Below are positions 13,051 through 23,900 of a DNA stretch of 64,000 bases, piece after piece; positions within the stretch are counted from its first letter, which is position 1; each line of letters opens with the position of its first letter. The notes below the pieces were generated by a model. It saw only the letters and a program-made list of their open reading frames with translations. It did no database searches and had not been told where the DNA came from. Source of the DNA: Mobula birostris (lineage: Eukaryota); assembly GCF_030028105.1 (NCBI RefSeq), contig NC_092371.1, forward strand, positions 212,658,031-212,722,030, read 5' to 3'. A program made the position numbers and the translations under genes.

Positions 13051-14860
13051 AACTGAGTTCATTCCATATGCTTTTGAATCAATGCCTTAAACTTAAATCG
13101 AATCTTAAATCATGAAATTAAATCCATAGAGGAAAAAAAGCTAATTGTTCCTAGCACCTAACAGGCATTTCAAATAGATACTGTCTATTGCACGTGTCAT
13201 TCTCCAACACAACAATTTGTCATCATTAAATCAATACTTCTAACTTCACTTGATAACAATCAATGTGCGAACAATCCAATATAATTAATTGCCACATCCC
13301 ACACAATGATGCAGTGTGCCTTAATTAGAACCATAGAATACTACAGCACAAAAATAGGCTCTTCAGCCCATCTAGTCCATGCCAAAATGTTGTTTGACAT
13401 AGTCCTATCAATTGTGTCTGGAGCATAGCCCTCCATAACCCTCCCAACCATGTACTTATCTAATCTTCTCGTAACAGTTCTAATTTAATTTGCATCCACC
13501 ACTTCAGCCAGCTTGTTCCAGACATGCACCACCGTCTGAGTGAAGAAGTTCTCCCTCAGGTTCCCTTTAAATATTTCACCATTCATCTTTAAACTATCAC
13601 CTCTCGTTCGAGTCTCACCCAACTTCAGTAGAAAACAATCTGCTTACATTTTCCCTATCTATATCCAGAATTTTGTATACCTCTATCAACTCTACCCTTA
13701 TTTTCCTACACTCCAGGGGATAAAGTCCTAACTATTCAGCTTTTCCCCTCTCACTCAACTCCAGGCACATCCTTGTACATTTTCTCCAAACTCCTTCAAA
13801 CTTACTGAGGTAGATAACCAGAACTGCACACAATAGTCCAAATTTGGCTTCACCAACATCTTATACAACTTCAACATTCCATCCGATTCCTATACCCAGT
13901 ACTCTGATTTACAGAAACCAATGTGCCAAAAGCTCTCTTTACCACCCTATCTGCATGTGACACCACTTTCAAGGAATTATGGGTCTGTTTTCCCAAATCC
14001 CTTTGTTCTACCACACACCTCAGTGCCCAACCATTCTCCATGTCCCGTCTGCATTAAATTCCATCTGCCATTTCTCAGCCCATTTTTCCAGCTGGTTCAG
14101 ATCCCACTGCAAGTTTGATAGCCTTCCTCTTTGTCCACTACACCCCCAATCTTCGTTTCATCTGCAAACTTGCTGAATCAGTTTACTGCATTATCATTCA
14201 AATCATTAATAAACATGACAAATAACAATGGACCAGCACCAGCCTATGGCACACCCAGAGTCACAGGCCTCCAGTCAGAGAGGCAACCATCTACTGGCAC
14301 TCTCTGGCTCCTCAGCATTTCCTTCATTGTTGTAGCAGCTGGCCGGCGGTTCAGAGGAGAGGCCATTGGACGCGCCGTCAGGCCGCGCAAGGAGGCGGAT
14401 TGGAGGAGCCGACGTGAGTGCAGACCTTACTGCTGCCTGTCATTTGAAGGCACCAGAGTTGGTGTGCAAAGGTGGCATGCAGTGAAATAGTGAGTGGCTG
14501 TCTGTCGTGGACATTCCTTTTGCGATCGCAAGACCCTGTTGGATATTGATTGCCACGGCCTGTTTTCCTTGTTTGGTAGTGAAATGTAGTGTGGCTTCTG
14601 TGCCCAGTCGGGGGTGGTCTCGCCTGCCAGTGCTGCCCTCCTCTGTTGGATTGGTGGAATTACAGACTGGACTATTCGCAACCATCAATTTGTGGGACTT
14701 GTTGCTCAGGGTCTTGGATTAAAAATGTGTATCCTTGTGTGACTAAGTTCTTTTTCTCTTTTTTGTTATTTTGAATGCGTGTGTACGTTTATGCACCTTG
14801 GCCCCAGAGGGACGCTGTCTCGTTTAACTGTATCAATGTATGGTTTGAATGATGATTAAA

Positions 14861-15199
14861 TCACAGACAAGAGAAAATCTGCAGATGCTGGAAATCCAAG
14901 CAATACACACACACAAATGCTGGAGGAACTCAGCAGGCCAGGCAGCATCTATGGAAAAGAGTACAGTCGATGGTTCAAGTCGAAACCCTTCGGCAGAACT
15001 GGAGGAAAAAAGCTGAGGGGTAGGGTTGGGGTTGGGGTTAGGGGTTAGGGGTTGGGGGTTGGAGGTTGGGGAGTAGGAGTAAATCTGCTCCTCAGCTTTT
15101 TCCTCCAGTTCTGCTGAAGGGTTTCAGCCTGAAATGTCGACTGCACTTTTTTTCCATAGATGCTGCCTGGCCTGCGAGTTCCTCCAGCATTTTGTGCGC
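14861..15199. mobile_element. Fold-back (hairpin) element, copy 1, with hammerhead-like motif and G-rich spacer
   Basis: Inverted arms at about 14912-15017 and 15090-15196. Flanking direct repeat TTTGAATGAT(G/A)ATTAAA at 14844-14860 and 15200-15216. Confidence 0.9.
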
Positions 15200-15667
15200 T
15201 TTGAATGATAATTAAACTTGATTTGATTGATTTGACTTCCTGGAAAATTCCACAAGATTGGTCAGACACAGCCTGCCTCCCACAAAGCCATGTTGACTAT
15301 CCCTAATCAGGCTCTGTCTATCCAAATACTTACATATCCGGTCCCTTAGAATACCTTCCAACAACTTCCCCACTTCTGTTTTCAGGTACATTGGCCTATA
15401 ATTTCATGGCTTATTCTTAAGGGTTTTTTGAACAACAGAACAGCATTAGCTATTCTCCAGTTCTCCAGCACCTTACCCATGTCAAGGACTTTTCAGATAG
15501 CTCTGCACTAGCTTTCGACAAGGCCCAAGAGAAACACCTCGTCATGCCCCAAGGACTTATCCACCCTCATTTGCCTAAGAAGCATGTATCTCTTCTTCCA
15601 TATATCATCCATGACCTCACTACTGTTTTACCCTAGCTCTATAGACTTCCTGTCCACCTCCCAAATG

Positions 15668-16315
15668 GAGGAGATGGTGGAACGTCACAGCATGCGTGGC
15701 CTCTCCAGTGAATGATAGCGGTAATCTGTCATGTAGGGTATTGTGCACAATTCTGATTTGGTGGAGACGGACATGAGAGTATGGAGGAACATCTGGAGAA
15801 ACTTCTGAAATGCCCGCTTCGCTGCCGCTGCTACTGTGTGGTAACCAGAATCTCTGGAGCAGAAGGCCCCGAATCCTCGGCTTTGCTTGCTTCAGCAGCC
15901 AGGGCGAGGTTGAAGGTGTTCGGGAGGCAGTATCGGAGGGGCTGGTCGCAGGCTCGAAGTTTTCGGCTGTGGTCGGGTGCTTCCAATGCATCGGCAAGTT
16001 GTCGGTGCCTGGGGGTTTATGGAAGGGAGTTTCTTCCCTTTTTCACCTGCTATCGGGGACTCGGGAGTCAATCGGGACTTTGAGACTTTTTTTTACCGTA
16101 CCCATGGTCTGTCCTTTATCAAATTATGGTATTGCTTTGCACTGCTGTAACTATATGTTATAATTATGTGGTTCTGTCAGTGTTAGTCTTTGGTTTGTCC
16201 TGTTTTTCTGTGATATCACTCTGGAGGAACATTGTATCATTTCTTAATGCATGTATGCATTTCTAAATGACAATAAAAGAGGACTGAGTGTTCTCATAAT
16301 CTAAATTTAAATCTA
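15668..16315 (+). mobile_element. About 650-bp non-autonomous retroelement (same family as 56063-56672)
   Basis: GAGATGGTGG head and a 3' end ATGACAATAAAAGAGGACT...(TCTAA)n. AAATG is duplicated at 15663-15667 and 16316-16320. Confidence 0.8.
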
Positions 16316-17522
16316 AAATGAATACAGATGCAAAAAAAAATCCATTTAAGATCTCCCCCAGCTCCATACATAGTTGATCACACTGATCTTCAAGAAGGCC
16401 AGTTTTATCCCTTGCCATCATTTTGCTCTTAGTATATCTGTAGAAGCCCCTGGGACTCTTGACCTTATCTGCCAGAGTAACTTCATCCCTTTTTTTGTCC
16501 CTCCTGGCTGTCCTCTTAAGAGTTGTCCTCTTGTATTCTTTTATTCCTCAAGTAGCTAATTTATTCCTTGTTGCCTCTATCTGGTATGGACCACCACCTC
16601 CTTGGCTAAGGCCTCAATATCCCTTGAACGATAGGCTGAATAGCCTAATTCTGCTCCTATGTTTATGGAAAATCAAGGTTCCCTACACATGCTAGTCTTG
16701 CCTTTCATTATAACAGGAACATAGAAACTCTGTACTTTCAATATCTCACTTTTGAAGGCTTCCCATTAACTTATTGGAAGACATTGATTAAACTCTGAAC
16801 AAAAATCTGCAATACCAAATGTTGGATGGAAGTGCATCCCTAGTAAAGGCCAATCAATTGGTTTATACTCTTTTTACTCCCCCCATGCACCTGCTAACTT
16901 CCCCAAACATGAATGAATATTCCGAAATTCCAAATATTCACTTAACAAGACAATTCCTTTTAGAAGGCACGCCCAGCTCCGCCAACACTCTTAGCAGTGA
17001 AGCTGTGTTGAGGCTAACGTCTCTACCATAGTCAATAGCTGACATCTTTCGGCACAGATAAAGTACCACCAAGGCAGTCTCTGTAAAATCCTCCAAAATC
17101 ACCAGCAGGAATCTTTCACATTTATTATCATAGGATGTAAAATGTGTTATCTTGTGGCAACAGTAAGACATAAAGTTACTATAAACAACAAAATAAATAA
17201 TGCAAAGAAATAGCAAACTAGTATGAATTTATAGATGGCATTTGAGCTGTGCTTAGCCACTCATGAGTGTAGAGGGAGTAGAGCAGTGGCCCAAGCATGC
17301 ATTCTTGCAGTTTGCCTATGTCGATTGTCAGTAAGGACAAAATGTTATTCTCAATCTGTACTGCCTGACTGATACATGAATCGGCAGCAGCATCCCCTCC
17401 CAGGCCAACATTCTGGGCTCTGAGGCCTCAGTTAACACACCTAACTCCAGGAACTGACACGGTTCTGAACTTCACCTCAGGAGCAGATTACCAAGAAGAG
17501 AGAGGGAAGGAAATTCCAGAGT

Positions 17523-17810
17523 GGGCATCATGATAGTGTAGTGGTTAACACAACACTTTACAGTACAGGCGACTAGGTTCATTTCCCCCTGCTGCCTATA
17601 GGGAGTGTACACATTCTCCTTGTAACCGCATGGGTTTCTTCCAGGTGCTCCAGTGTCCTCCCACAGTCCAAAGGTGTACCAGTGGCAGGTTAATTGGTCA
17701 TTGTCAATTGTCCCATGTTTAGGCTAGGGTTCAATTGGGGGATTGCTGGGCAGCATGACTCAAAGGGCCAGAGGGATCTATTCTGCACTGTATCTCAGTA
17801 AAATAAAAAT
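17523..17810 (+). mobile_element. tRNA-derived V-SINE (HE1-like)
   Basis: A-box-like TAGTGTAGTGG and B-box-like GGTTCATTTCC. V-domain GGGTTTCTTCCAGGTGCTCCAGTGTCCTCCCACAGTCCAAAG and an A-rich tail. Related copies at about 60240-60480 (+) and 24100-24215 (-). Confidence 0.8.
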
Positions 17811-19021
17811 AAACTAAAAGTTTTCTTCAAGCAGTGCATCATTTTCACTAACTACTGGAAAAAAATCAATATTCTGGAATGTGCAGAAACCTTGTGTTAG
17901 CAGTGAGAAGGAGCAGTCACCTCACAAAACAATTGGCACACCTGTCCTATCAGCCATTTCTGCTTCATCTGCTGGATATTCAAAAACCCACAAACATGGA
18001 ATAAGCAACACATATATTTTTGAACTATTCATTTTTGTAATTAATAATAAGTTTTGTTTTTGCAGCGTACTGCTGCTGCAAGACAATAAAAGCTAGAGAT
18101 ATTAGAACTCATTCTGACTGCAGAGTTTGCATTTGCAATGCTGGCCTTGTTAAGCCAGAATGCTCAACACCAGAGTGGAAGCAAGTCATCCCCAGTCCAA
18201 AGGGATTACTTATGTAGTCATGAAAACTCAATATTAAAGCTTGTGGATTAAATTCATGAACATATAATTTAGCAATGATTTATGTAAATTATAAATTACA
18301 TCCCTAGCTGTAAACATGGTGATTTCTGCAAATCATTCTTCAATCTGCCTGGAGAATTCTCCCCTTTAGAGTTTTTTTTAATATGACTAAGCTTTTACAA
18401 ATAACATGAATTACCATATTTAACAACAATTAAAAGACAAGCCATTAAGATCCCAGTGTTCAAGGTTGCTTTACATTCTGAATGCTAAATCTCGTTGCAT
18501 CTCAACACATTTGAAAAAAATCTATCTACCCAAGTACAAAACAGTTAATGGTTTACATTGATACATAACATTATTATTACTAGGGTTAACGATTCACTTA
18601 TGTCCAGTGCTGATCTCAGACAAACATGTATTAAAATGCAGACAAATGTGAACCAAAAGGGGAGAAAGGAGAAGTGGTGGAATTTCAAAAGGTATAGTCA
18701 AAACAAAAGTTAATAGGGGTGGGTCGTGCTTGGTAATGGGTAAATAAGGAAACAAAAGACAATGGGCCTTCAATAGGAAGAGCACAATCATTACCTGAAG
18801 TATGTAAACAATGATGTTAAGTGTGATTTTTTAGAGTCACAAGGCCCTCGTACCACAACAGGAAGGAGGCTTCTTTGGAATAGTACATTATGTGGTGGAT
18901 TAAAGTCAAAGTGATAAAGAATCAGTGTGGCAAGTGATCAGAAGTTTGAAGATTGAATGGAAATGTTCAACAAACTTGCTACGACATAATATGGCTTTGA
19001 TTCCAAAATACTGTAACATTA

Positions 19022-19492
19022 AGGCTGATTTATACTTGTGCGTCAAATGTACGCCGTAGGTACTGCGTACCCTATGCCATAGGGTGATGTGCACCTCCCC
19101 AAAAATGTAACTCATGTGTCGCGGCGACGCAGACCGTAACAACTGTTATTGGTTGGCTTGGTAGCATCGCATTTCCTCATACGCATTTCCAGTTGCTTTT
19201 CTCCGCTATGTCTGTACACTGATGTGAAATAAATGGTCAGAGACAACGAACCAAATCGTCAAATCTACCTGCCTACGTCTGAAAATATTTGAAATGCATT
19301 TCCTCATCCATGTCTCTCACGAAGAAACTCAACACAGTGGCATAGAAACCCCACTGCCAACTAGCATCTTGGCGGTGAATTGCAGAGCACACAGACACAA
19401 CTACGCATGCTCGTTACGGCATAGGGCTACGCAAAAGTATAAATCAGGTGTAGGATACGTCGTAGCCTGTACACACAAGTATAAATCAGCCT
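19022..19492. mobile_element. PIF/Harbinger-type MITE
   Basis: Terminal inverted repeats AGGCTGATTTATACTTGTG / CACAAGTATAAATCAGCCT, with TTA on both sides (19019-19021, 19493-19495). Confidence 0.85.
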
Positions 19493-19599
19493 TTAGTTTT
19501 GACCGTTAAAAATACATTAGAAAAGGAAGTTTGGACATGCATAAACATCAGTTAAAATATACACAATGTAAAACAAAACACTTCAGGAAGGGAGGTGGT

Positions 19600-20370
19600 A
19601 CACATGTTCCTGCTTACACCAATGGTACAGAGTTCATAGGGTTGAGAGCTTCAAGTTCCTAGCAGTCACCAAAAGCCTGCCCTACTATGATAACATAAGT
19701 CAAGAAAGTTTACCAGCACCTCTACTTCCTCAGGAGGCATGTCTCCTTTGACCCTCACCAATTCTTATCGATGCACCATAGAAAATATCCTATCCGGACA
19801 CATCAAGGATTGGCATGTCAAGTACTCTGACTATGATGACAGGAAACTGCAGAGAAACATCACAAAAACTAGTCCTGAAGAAGGGCCTTGGTCAGAATCA
19901 TCTATTGTTTATTTCTCTCCAGAGATGCTGCCTGACCTGTAAATTTCTCCAGCATTGTGTACGAGTTACACTAATTTCCAGCACCTGCAGAAACTCTTGT
20001 CTTTTGTGTACTCTTCGTACTGTCTTGGTAAAGTCAAGAACCGCACTCACACCGGGTGTACTCTCTTCTCCCATCTCTAATTGGACAGACTATACAAAAG
20101 CTAAAACCACGCATCACCAGTTTCTGCTTCCCAGTTCTAAGGTGATTGAATGGATCTCTAGTACAGTAAAAAGGACTCATGATTTCACAGTCTACCTTGT
20201 TATGGTCTTTGCATCATATTGTCTACCTGCATTAAACTTTCTCTGTAACACTCTTCTCTGCACTATTACTGTTTTATCTTGAACTAACTCCAGGCACTCA
20301 ATATCTGTATGAATGGTATGAAAGAAGAGTACCTCAGTACGTGACAATAATGAATCAATTCACCAAAATT
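19600..20370 (+). mobile_element. Old Rex1/Babar RT 3' fragment containing a single arm of the hairpin family (about 19870-20008)
   Basis: Encodes LTLTNSYRCTIENILSG. The embedded arm reads AGTCCTGAAGAAGGG...GATGCTGCCTGACCTG...CTCCAGCATT. Confidence 0.7.
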
Positions 20371-22839
20371 TATCTGTTTAATACATCACAGATCATGCCA
20401 GTAAATAGCAATTATCTAATTAAAGGCCTAGCAAAATTCTTCAATAATACTAAACTGAAGCCTACTAATTACAAAAAGTTATCAATTCCTGCCAAGCTGA
20501 AGATTATAGTTGTGGCATCTGTAAAATACAAAAATAAAACTACATGGGATTCCATATTACATTTTCTGCCTCAATGTCTTCTTGCAATTCCACGAAAATG
20601 CGTGCACATACAACTAAGATTTCTTAATATGCTATTGTGAATTTTATCTTTGAAAGTATACAACCTTTTGCCAACCACTCAAGTATATATATTTTCTCTG
20701 TATTTGGCTGTACTTGTCTGGTAAATTGTTGCAGAGCAAGAGTATCACTGAAACCTCCATTCTCAGGCAAACATAGATGCATTTTTCCCGAATGGATTTT
20801 TCACATTAGGAGAGAGAGGCTCATTTACTTTAACCAATGTGCTCCACTCTCTCTTTCTCCAGTTGTACTAGGGCCTTGCAAGTGACATTGAGTTAATCTT
20901 CGCACTCCATTCTGGTTTGATGCACAATCCCAAATACAACACCATCACATCTTCAGTATACACATGAATAAGGACTAACCCATGGATCGGATTACAAAGG
21001 AGAAATTATTGGAAGGATAAACAAAAACGATCAAGCTTTCAAAAATGCTTAAAATTTTGATGTTCATTCTTCCGCAGGATCTCTTGACAAAATCTTTAAT
21101 TTTTGAAAAAGCGATGAGTTAGCCTAACATGTTGAAGCCAAATGTGACTGCAGTGGCCAAAGGTATCTTTGGAATCAGCTGGGGAAGGGAGAGGGAGAGC
21201 AGAGTCAGAGGCTGGGAAGATGTATGTGCAGAGAAGAAAGAGATGATGGTAAGATGGAACCAGCTAGGAGAGGAGGGAAATATATGAAAGGTGAACCAAG
21301 GGAGAAGAATCTCAGGTAGATATTATGTCAAAGTAATACATTTTCTTAGTCTAGACCTGCATAACATTTGAGGTTTCACCATACAGAGATATATATATTT
21401 TGGGCCTAAAATGACAGGTCCATTTCTGTTCATTTGGTAAAACTGACTCCAGATGAACACATCACACATCAGGAACAAATTCAAACCTATCTGTATAGTA
21501 TCTATGTGCTCCCAAACCACCAAGTTTTAGAAGGCTGAATCCTTCCCATCCACAACTGCTCTTTTATCATGCATTGACACATTTGCTTTTGTCACTCATC
21601 CATAACCCCAGGCATAATTGCCATCTTTAAAGTTGGTCTCAAACCCATCTCAAGCTTCCATCCTACCTTTTCTATATCACTGATCTGTATGTGATACATC
21701 CTTGCATAAGCTCCCCAACCAGCTGCACCACCGGTTGCATACCATACTAGTGCTTTATAATTACCTCAAAAATGACCATGCACCCTCTGTTCCACATTAT
21801 TTGGTCTCTTAATCATAACCCTTCTTTGTGTTTGTGGGCATCAACTTCCTTTTGTGCTTCACAATCTTTACATTCACTACCTGCTGGAATATTTCCTCCC
21901 TACATGTTAGGAAGTTAACTGACCCTGACAATTATCAAAAACTAGCTCAGGGGCATTGAGAAAAAGTGTAATCCTAAATGTTCAACAGATCAAAGTACAG
22001 CACACATCCTTTTAGCAATCTCATGATTAAACATTTATATGCTCCTAAATTCTATGTGATTCAAACCAACTCTCTCCGATAAATTGTTTTTGTTTTCACC
22101 AAAAGAGATGGAACAGACATCACAGAAGATTACAGGTAACATCCTGAAATTGTTTAACATTGGATGTTATGGTTTTGGATAAATGTTTTGGAGGTTGCTG
22201 TAAAAATTCCTATTTTGATGACTAAAGTTAATTTTATCATCTATTTGAACTTGAAACATTTCACACCATAAACGCAACATTCCAGCCTGTGTCTTTTCAA
22301 TTCACATTTATTGTCATGTACTTCAAGAAGCAAAATTGTACAAAATATAATTTCATCACATTAACTACATATACAGCCTAGTTGAGATTAATATTACAAG
22401 GTCACACAGCCCCTTATAAAATGTACCTTTATGTAGTAAATTTTAAAAAACAATGCCCCGATTTATTAAATATACCCAGACTTCATGACAAGGCATCTTT
22501 TTCATTATGACACAGACATATTAAAAGTTAGAAGCTAAGTAAGCTCGAGATAGGAAAAGGATACATAATTATGAAAGCAGAGTGGAAAGAAGCTTCATAA
22601 CATATCTCCTGTTACCAGAACAGTCCCATATTTTCATAATAACTTTTGAAATATGCTGTTTCAAAAACAGTATACAGACATAATATTTTTGTTATTAATG
22701 CCAACTCATTTGAATTTTGTTTATTAAAGTTTAGTTTCAAAGATTTCTAACTAGGAAAAAGCTTCACTAATATTATGCCAATTTATAAGTGTCAATCTAC
22801 ATGTTCGGCAGCAGGTAAACAAGCTCGTAACAATCTTCA

Positions 22840-23020
22840 CAAACAAGAGAAAATCTGCAGATGCTGGAAACCCGAACAACACACACAAAATGCTGGAGGA
22901 ACTCAGCAGGCCAGGCAGCATCTATGGAAAAGAGTATAGTCGACATTTCGAAACGTTGATTGTACTTTTTTCCATAGATGCTGCCTGGCCTGCTGAGCTC
23001 CTCCAGCATTTTGTGTGTAT
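22840..23020. mobile_element. Fold-back element, copy 2
   Basis: A near-perfect palindrome centred at about 22950 (both strands give MLEELSRPGSIYGK ORFs). Degenerate 18-bp direct repeat at 22822-22839 and 23021-23038. Confidence 0.9.
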
Positions 23021-23574
23021 AGCTCCTAGCAGTCTTCAGTTGGCATTAATGTCTGGCAGAAATATTACAAATAAATGCAGAAATATTATAGATAAATGCA
23101 AAAATTTGATTCCCAAATATGTACCATTACTAGTTATATTTCAAATCTACAATTTGAAGGACACAAAATCACAAATAAAATCTATAATTTTTCCAATAAC
23201 GTGGCACATGCTCAGTTACATTAAGATTGAAGATCAAAGTAATATTGCATAGTGTTATATTTGTAATTCAAAACAATTAAATTCATTTCTTTAAAAGTTT
23301 TAAAATTGCATATACAAGTTTATTAAATATTGTCATCTTTTTGTGAATTATTCAGAGTAAAGTCTCAGAAATGCTATGCTTATATTCAATTTGTCTGAAG
23401 TAATTCAGATGGTAAGATTGTAGGCAGTAATTTAAAAGACATATTTCTATCTACGTTCATGCATCTATTCCTCACTTACTGTCCAGAATGCAAGGCCCCA
23501 GGTAATTGCTCCCTAGATGAATAATTTCACGTTAGACTTGAAAACACAAATTGTTGTAAATATTCAATACAAAC

Positions 23575-23900
23575 AGCATCTATGAACAGAGAAACAGTTG
23601 ACATTTCAAGTCAATTAGCTTTCACCAGAACTGGAAAAAGTTACAGATAATCAAATTTTAGGAGCGGAATAAACAATAGATCTGTAACAGGGTATAAAGG
23701 AGAAGTGGTGAAATGACAAAGGTGGGGATGATGAAAAGCAAAAACCCTTAAGGGAGCAGGACAAATAATGAAACTAAGGATTGATCTAGAGCTGCTGAGA
23801 AAGAAAATGGAACTATTCTGAAATTGATAACTGGATGTTGGATTCAGAAGTTCAAAAGGTGCCTAGTCAAAAGATGAGTTTGTTCTGAGTTTACATATTC
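23575..23900 (-). mobile_element. Old Penelope-like 3' remnant (GIY-YIG C-terminus and pLTR with hammerhead-like motif)
   Basis: The minus strand at 23895-23820 reads approximately LIF*LGTF*TSESNIQ, compared with a recalled LIFRLGTLQPxGLN motif. About 200 bp later comes CAGTT-CTGGTGA-AAG..CTT-GAAA-TGTC-AACTG. Confidence 0.5.

Larger units (their letters stand above)
13328..16770 (-). mobile_element. Old CR1 interrupted by nested insertions (about 14320-15235 and 15668-16315)
   Basis: CR1 3' end at 13328. RT-like antisense sequence at 13900-14310 resumes at 15237-15660 and 16320-16770. Confidence 0.75.

Noticed and set aside
22797-23252. Twin ORFs starting MLEELSRPGSIYGK on both strands
   Set aside because: An artefact of the palindromic repeat, not protein genes.
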